From an uncultured bacterium (GTDB lineage Bacteria; Zixibacteria; MSB-5A5; CAIYYT01), in the NCBI GenBank assembly GCA_903930455.1, contig CAIYYT010000193.1, positions 7,762-71,761 on the forward strand: a DNA stretch of 64,000 bases, read 5' to 3'. Both the position numbers and the translations under genes were made by a program. Shown one piece after another: positions 59,141 through 64,000 of this stretch. The notes beneath the pieces were generated by a model. That model had not been told where the DNA came from, searched no databases, and saw nothing but the letters and a program-made list of their open reading frames with translations. Position 1 is the stretch's first letter, and each line of letters starts with the position of its first letter.

Positions 59141-60025
59141 CTATGTCTTGCGGTGGCGTTCGAGAAAAGCGGGAAGGTCAGACAAGATCATGGCGACGAA
59201 AATCAGTGAGCCGCCAAGGGCGCGACGGAGAATGAAAGCCTCGCCGCCAAGAGTCCAGGCAAAGAGCGCCGCAAAAACAGGTTCTAACGCGAGAATCAAG
59301 GAAACACGAATAGGGGGGACGACTTTTTGGGCGATCAGTTGCAGGATAAAGGCGGAGAGTGTCGGCAAGAGCGCAAGGAATAGGACATAGCCGACGGCGT
59401 TCATTGAAGTGGGTACAAAGGGGAGATGAAAGACGGCAGCAGTCAGCAGACTCAGCAAGCCGACGAAAAGGAATTGCTGGAAGGAGAGAATGTATACATC
59501 CAGACCCTGTTTGACGAAGCGGTCGGCATAGAGTAGATGCCCGGCATAGGCGATAGCGCAGATCATGGTCAGCCAGTCGCCTTTGTTGATGTCGGTCAGC
59601 CCGCCGGTCAGCAGCAACAATCCAAGCAGCGATAGTAGCACCGCCGGCATCTGCGACAGGATGCGTGCCTTGCGGTTCATCATCAGCGTAAAGAAAGGCA
59701 CGAAAGCGACAAACAGGCCGGTGATAAAGCCGGAGTTCGACGCGGTCGTGTATTTCAAGCCGATTGTTTGTGCGATGTAAAGAATCCAGAGAATGATCCC
59801 GAGTTGGACGCTCTCCTTCCAGTAGAGAAACAACGGCCGCTTTGCGATCTTTAGGCCGATTGCCAGCACGGCTGCCGCCAACAAAAAGCGATAGCCGACC
59901 AGTACCACCGGATCAATGGTTGCAAGACTATCCTTGACGACAAAAAAGGTCGCGCCCCAGATAGCGGCGGCATAGAGGAGGGCAACGTCGGCAAGACGTG
60001 ATTTCCTGCGGTCAGTGAGATTCAT
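59141..60025 (-). CDS. EamA/DMT-family transporter
   Basis: Ten TM helices in a 5+5 duplicated arrangement. Confidence 0.8.
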   Translation of the reverse strand: MNLTDRRKSRLADVALLYAAAIWGATFFVVKDSLATIDPVVLVGYRFLLAAAVLAIGLKIAKRPLFLYWKESVQLGIILWILYIAQTIGLKYTTASNSGFITGLFVAFVPFFTLMMNRKARILSQMPAVLLSLLGLLLLTGGLTDINKGDWLTMICAIAYAGHLLYADRFVKQGLDVYILSFQQFLFVGLLSLLTAAVFHLPFVPTSMNAVGYVLFLALLPTLSAFILQLIAQKVVPPIRVSLILALEPVFAALFAWTLGGEAFILRRALGGSLIFVAMILSDLPAFLERHRKT

Positions 60026-60397
60026 GCGGGGAAGATAGTTGGATTAGTAGGGGAGCGCAAACGGGAAGGGGGTGGCTGCTTTTGTGGTGGGCCTTAGCGG
60101 CAAGGTTAGAATTGTGGAAGGGGGTGTGATGTGGCGGAACGAAAAACGAGAAATTCCTTGACAATTCGCGGAGATTTTGGTTTATTAAAATGCTGAAAGT
60201 TGTCAAATAGTGTTTCTTGATCCCTTATATGGGAAATCTCGGAGAAAACAGAGTATTGGAACGGGAAGCAGTGGGACGTCAGAACCGAAGCGGTTCTGAC
60301 CTACAAAACTCAGACTACTGCTTGGAGGCTTTTTTGTCAGCTCAAAAACAACTTTGTGAATAATTCGGGTTACATTTTCTCATTGAAAGGATGAACA

Positions 60398-62020
60398 ATG
60401 AAAAGCTTTGCGCAGGAGTGGGGGGGACTTTCGATCATGGCAATAGTCTTTGCCATGCTCGCGGCAGTATTTGTCTGCCCACCGCACGTTTATGCCGGTC
60501 TGAATCAGGCTTTGGTTGCTAATTGGAGCTCCAATGGTGGCATCGCTGCTGACAGCTCTGGAAAAGAGGGCTGGGAATTGAGCAATCAAAGTGTGCCAGG
60601 CGATCAACCGCTTCCACGACGGCAGCACGATGCCCAGCGAGAGAATCTCATACCACAGGCTGGAGGAGTAAGTCGGGACACGTTGAGCAAACGATCTCTG
60701 TCGATCATTGTGTACAACTCCACGACATCGCTGATCACGAGCATGTCCTGGACAATAGACGGCACTGCCATTGACATCTACGAGACATGGGCTGGCACCG
60801 GTCGCGCATTTCTGATCTTCGACGGACTTCAACTGCCGGGAGTGGATTACACTGTCCGCGTTCACATTATCAACAGCACCAGTATCGACTGGAATCTCTT
60901 TAGCAACGAGCTTCTCGACCCTGCTGGTCAATACGAAGACGTACAGTATGATCAGCCGAGCGAACCTTGGGTACCGGCAGGGTTCAGCTGCTCCAATGAC
61001 ATGGATGGACTTAGCTTCGCTCAGGGCTCAGGGATTCCCAGAACCTCTACTTCGTTTCACAGCCTTCTGACGGACGAGTCAGCTACTCGAGATTATGTCA
61101 AGTTCTACGACGGACTCGTCCCGGCTCAGAGCGACCAGGAACTGCAAACCTTTGGGCTCCGCGATAATGCTAATGCAGACAACCAGCCGTTCCTGTTGAT
61201 GCAGGGACCAAACAAGCAATCGCTGCCGAGCGTTGTTATCCCCAAGATCTGCCTTCGCCCTACAGTTGACGGCGGCAGGCTCACCGTCTGCCCAACTGTT
61301 AATGGAAGCATAGTCGGCCCTGCGATCGTAGATAACATGATTACGGCAGTGGGGACGAATTACTGCTCCCCAATCCCCGACGAGCGAAGTGACATATACT
61401 TCCATTTCTATTGGCAGTCGTGTACCAATAGCGATTTCTGGGATTTTGGTGTTGTAAATCATGCTGGGCTCAAATGGAGCTTCGAACCCAACCTGAGCCC
61501 TTGGCTTATCGACATACTCATCTCGAGAGGCACCGAAGCCGACAGCCTTGCTCTTGCTAGTCTTAGCGACTCTACAGGTATCATCAAGGATGTCCACGTA
61601 TTCGTCAATCTCGCGCAGTGGCTTGCTAGGCCACAGCCTCTTCAACCCAAATACACAATTTCTAATGGGACATGCCCTGAACTTCCAGGGTACATTATCG
61701 GCACTACTCCTATGGTATTCGACTCTTTGGCAGGACCCGAAGAGAATCCCATGCGTACGACGCCTCTGAATGGGACACTGTGGTTAGACGCAACGGTGGG
61801 GGTTACACTTGTGGCAGTAAGTCGCGGCGACGCCAATGGCGATGGCACCGTAGACATCTCCGATGTCGTCTATCTGATCGCCTACATCTTTTCCGGCGGT
61901 TCGGCGCCATCGCAATTGCTTGCTGGCGATGCCAACTGCGATGCTGCCGTGGATATCTCTGATGTGGTGTATCTGATCGCATACATCTTCAGCGGTGGTG
62001 CAGCGCCGTGTGCGGGGTAG
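60398..62020 (+). CDS. secreted hypothetical protein with a C-terminal dockerin-type double repeat
   Basis: Signal peptide. C-terminal GDANGDGTVDISDVVYLIAYIFSGGSAP and GDANCDAAVDISDVVYLIAYIFSGGAAP. Confidence 0.55.
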   Translation: MKSFAQEWGGLSIMAIVFAMLAAVFVCPPHVYAGLNQALVANWSSNGGIAADSSGKEGWELSNQSVPGDQPLPRRQHDAQRENLIPQAGGVSRDTLSKRSLSIIVYNSTTSLITSMSWTIDGTAIDIYETWAGTGRAFLIFDGLQLPGVDYTVRVHIINSTSIDWNLFSNELLDPAGQYEDVQYDQPSEPWVPAGFSCSNDMDGLSFAQGSGIPRTSTSFHSLLTDESATRDYVKFYDGLVPAQSDQELQTFGLRDNANADNQPFLLMQGPNKQSLPSVVIPKICLRPTVDGGRLTVCPTVNGSIVGPAIVDNMITAVGTNYCSPIPDERSDIYFHFYWQSCTNSDFWDFGVVNHAGLKWSFEPNLSPWLIDILISRGTEADSLALASLSDSTGIIKDVHVFVNLAQWLARPQPLQPKYTISNGTCPELPGYIIGTTPMVFDSLAGPEENPMRTTPLNGTLWLDATVGVTLVAVSRGDANGDGTVDISDVVYLIAYIFSGGSAPSQLLAGDANCDAAVDISDVVYLIAYIFSGGAAPCAG

Positions 62021-62055
62021 ATATGTGATTCGTGAGCGTCATTGGACAAACAGAA

Positions 62056-62090
62056 ACGGCGTCAGGAAGGGATTCCTGACGCCACTTTTT
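62056..62090. terminator. intrinsic terminator (GTCAGGAAGGGATTCCTGAC core), plausibly bidirectional
   Basis: ggcgtcaggaagggattcctgacgcc followed by ACTTTTT. Lies between the + gene ending at 62020 and the - gene ending at 62136. Confidence 0.6.
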
Positions 62091-62135
62091 CATGTATTGC
62101 ATTGGGCACGGCACGCCATGCCATGCCCCTACAGT

Positions 62136-62960
62136 CTAGTGCTTCGTAAACGGCCCTTCTTTGATTGTCACCTGCACCGGTTCTTTTAGAATAAACACCG
62201 CTTCCGTACCGGCGGAATGAACAATGTCTTTCTTGCCGGTGGCGGCGGCAGTCGCCGTGCCCGCTGCGGCGCCGGCAGCAGCGCCTATGGCGGTGCCACC
62301 TTTCTTCTTGGTCAACTTGCCAACGATTGCACCGACCAAAGCGCCTCCGCCGATTAACTCAGCATCACGATTGGTATGCGAGCCCTTTTTCTCGTCAATC
62401 GTATAGGTCTTGATTGGAATCTCATTGCCGTTGGCATCGGTGATGCTAATCAAGCTGAAACTCAACTCCGCCGGCGTCTTTAGATGTCCTGACTCAACGA
62501 CATTGTCGAGCACGCCCGTGACGGCAGTCCCCGTTTCATATATCATCTTGCCGTCGACGGTCAGTGGCTCCGCCAACAGCGCCCGGAATTTGGTGCCGGT
62601 AACGTGCACGTCCGAATCAATCGAGTCAATCAGCTTAACCTTGATCATCGTGCTCTCGGGTATCATCACAACCACCGGCGGTGGTACTGTCTCGGTTTTG
62701 GCCTCTTTGATCACTTTCTTTTCCGGCTCGGTCTTCTTGACTTCCGGCTTGTTTGCCACCGGCTTCGGTTCAGTTACTGGCTTGGTATTGGTCTCGGCCC
62801 ACTTGGCGGCAATCGCGGCGCTATCGATCTTGGCTGCCTGCTGCGTCGAATCCACCGTACTCTGCAAAGTCTGCTCGGCCTTCGGTTCCGCTTTCTTGCC
62901 ACAGGCTCCGATCAGGAAGGCAACCAGCACAAGTGTGATGACAAACGAAATTCTCTTCAT
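62136..62960 (-). CDS. lipoprotein with a C-terminal glycine-zipper region
   Basis: LIGACG lipobox. Lys/Pro-rich linker. C-terminal GGGALVGAIVG...GTAIGAAAGAAAG glycine zipper. Confidence 0.5.
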   Translation of the reverse strand: MKRISFVITLVLVAFLIGACGKKAEPKAEQTLQSTVDSTQQAAKIDSAAIAAKWAETNTKPVTEPKPVANKPEVKKTEPEKKVIKEAKTETVPPPVVVMIPESTMIKVKLIDSIDSDVHVTGTKFRALLAEPLTVDGKMIYETGTAVTGVLDNVVESGHLKTPAELSFSLISITDANGNEIPIKTYTIDEKKGSHTNRDAELIGGGALVGAIVGKLTKKKGGTAIGAAAGAAAGTATAAATGKKDIVHSAGTEAVFILKEPVQVTIKEGPFTKH

Positions 62961-63012
62961 ATCGACCTCCTCATATTTGCTTGGGAAATGAATATTCTAT
63001 TTCAAATCGCAA

Positions 63013-63573
63013 TTACCGCGTGATCCGCCACTTGGTAGCGAAGCCATCCGCAGTATGTTTGTCCACCAATACTTCAACGAGCATCAACGCGAACAACATT
63101 GCCTCACCGGGACCCATGCCAGTCACGATATTGCCATCAACGGTAACTGCATCACCGGTCACGATAGCTTCGCACGCAATCAACTTGTCATTAAACGCCG
63201 GATCGCCAGTGGCGCGTTTCCCGTGCAAAATACCGGCGCCTTCCGCCAATACATAACTCGGCGAAGCGCAAATCGCCGCCACAATTTTGCCATTTTGATA
63301 ATGATTCCGTATCAGTTCGATCACTCGGGGATGCGCGGCCAACGCCTCGGCATTGTGTCTTCCACCGGGAACAATGACCGCATCATACAATCCGCTCACA
63401 CCATTGATAGTTGTCTGCGGAACAACGGTTGTTCCATAGGCCGCTTTGATGTTACCCGGCTTGAGCCCGGCGATAGTGACTTCCACACCGGCACGCGATA
63501 ATATGTCAATTGGTGCGATTGCCTCGATATCCTCAAACCCATCCGCCAGAATCGTCAATGCTCTTTTTGCCAT
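63013..63573 (-). CDS. DJ-1/PfpI-family protein
   Basis: DGFEDIEAIAPIDIL...AAICASP (nucleophile-elbow Cys)...HGKRATG. Confidence 0.85.
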   Translation of the reverse strand: MAKRALTILADGFEDIEAIAPIDILSRAGVEVTIAGLKPGNIKAAYGTTVVPQTTINGVSGLYDAVIVPGGRHNAEALAAHPRVIELIRNHYQNGKIVAAICASPSYVLAEGAGILHGKRATGDPAFNDKLIACEAIVTGDAVTVDGNIVTGMGPGEAMLFALMLVEVLVDKHTADGFATKWRITR

Positions 63574-63689
63574 TCGCTTCTCCTACCTGCAAATTGTACG
63601 CTTGAAGCTACTGCTTCACCGTGATAAAATCACCATCATTTCAAGGGACTCGGAGTTGGAATTTGTGTATGACGAAGCAGTCTCGCGAC

Positions 63690-64000
63690 TTACCATCCCT
63701 TCGCTGTGCGCAGTCCCACAATATGTCCGACATGTTTGTCGCCATGGCGCGAATATATCTCCACCAAATCATCAATCGTCATTTCACCCCGTTCAGGATG
63801 GATTCCAACACGCTGCCAATCCTGGTCGTCGATGCTCTCCAACAGCGATGCCAGTCGCTCCTGCACGCCCTTGAGAATCAAGAGCGACACCTGGGGCGAT
63901 AGAGCAAACACGTCATGCATCTTCGCCCATTCGTCCTGCTTATAGGCAAACCAAGTTGGCTTCGACTCGGTCAGAATCAGCTTGATTCGCGACAATGCGT
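63690..64000 (-). CDS. DinB_2/YfiT-like protein, 5' end beyond the window edge
   Basis: C-terminal ...LVEIYSRHGDKHVGHIVGL with His spacing typical of the DinB_2 helix bundle. The ORF runs to the window end. Confidence 0.4.
   Translation of the reverse strand, partial: ALSRIKLILTESKPTWFAYKQDEWAKMHDVFALSPQVSLLILKGVQERLASLLESIDDQDWQRVGIHPERGEMTIDDLVEIYSRHGDKHVGHIVGLRTAKGW

Noticed and set aside
1-64000. CRISPR arrays, rRNA genes, integrase or transposase genes
   Set aside because: No spacer-repeat periodicity was seen by eye. No rRNA-like conserved stretches were seen. No tyrosine/serine recombinase or DDE transposase motifs appeared in any frame.

Overview
The window is a 64-kb stretch of a moderately GC-rich bacterial chromosome, gene-dense on both strands. 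A type IX secretion C-terminal sorting domain on an S8 peptidase, a PorV/FadL-like outer-membrane protein and many lipoproteins point to an uncultured member of the FCB superphylum.

Core genes are clearly recognisable:
- amt plus a Gcw_chp porin
- a HisKA_3/NarL two-component pair
- two heterodimer-type ABC exporters and an ABC-2 exporter pair
- an MFS transporter
- hutI, argF, comM, a tryptophanase/tyrosine phenol-lyase-family enzyme and asparaginase II
- DJ-1/PfpI, EamA and an M1 aminopeptidase
- a CheV–histidine kinase–STAS cluster
- a Wzy/Wzz/glycosyltransferase polysaccharide cluster

The non-routine content is:
1. A minus-strand tmRNA gene (tag AKQLAGNYAIAA) followed by two tandem degenerate copies of its 3' end. 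These bound two small AT-richer islets, each carrying one ORF and no integrase.
2. Three tandem paralogous lipoproteins, each with a short collagen-like G-X-Y stalk and a DOMON/CBM9-like domain. They are followed by secreted proteins with dockerin-like tails and a repeated 3' stem-loop element.
3. Two lower-GC modules with TIR/SLOG-like folds. One is a 3-TM protein plus a DUF4062 protein. The other is a standalone protein with the nucleoside 2-deoxyribosyltransferase catalytic motif. Both are candidate defence or nucleotide-signalling genes.
4. Several repeated terminator hairpins, and a short promoter–ORF–terminator unit.

No CRISPR array, rRNA, integrase or transposase was seen. All domain calls are from reading the translations, and none was verified by search.
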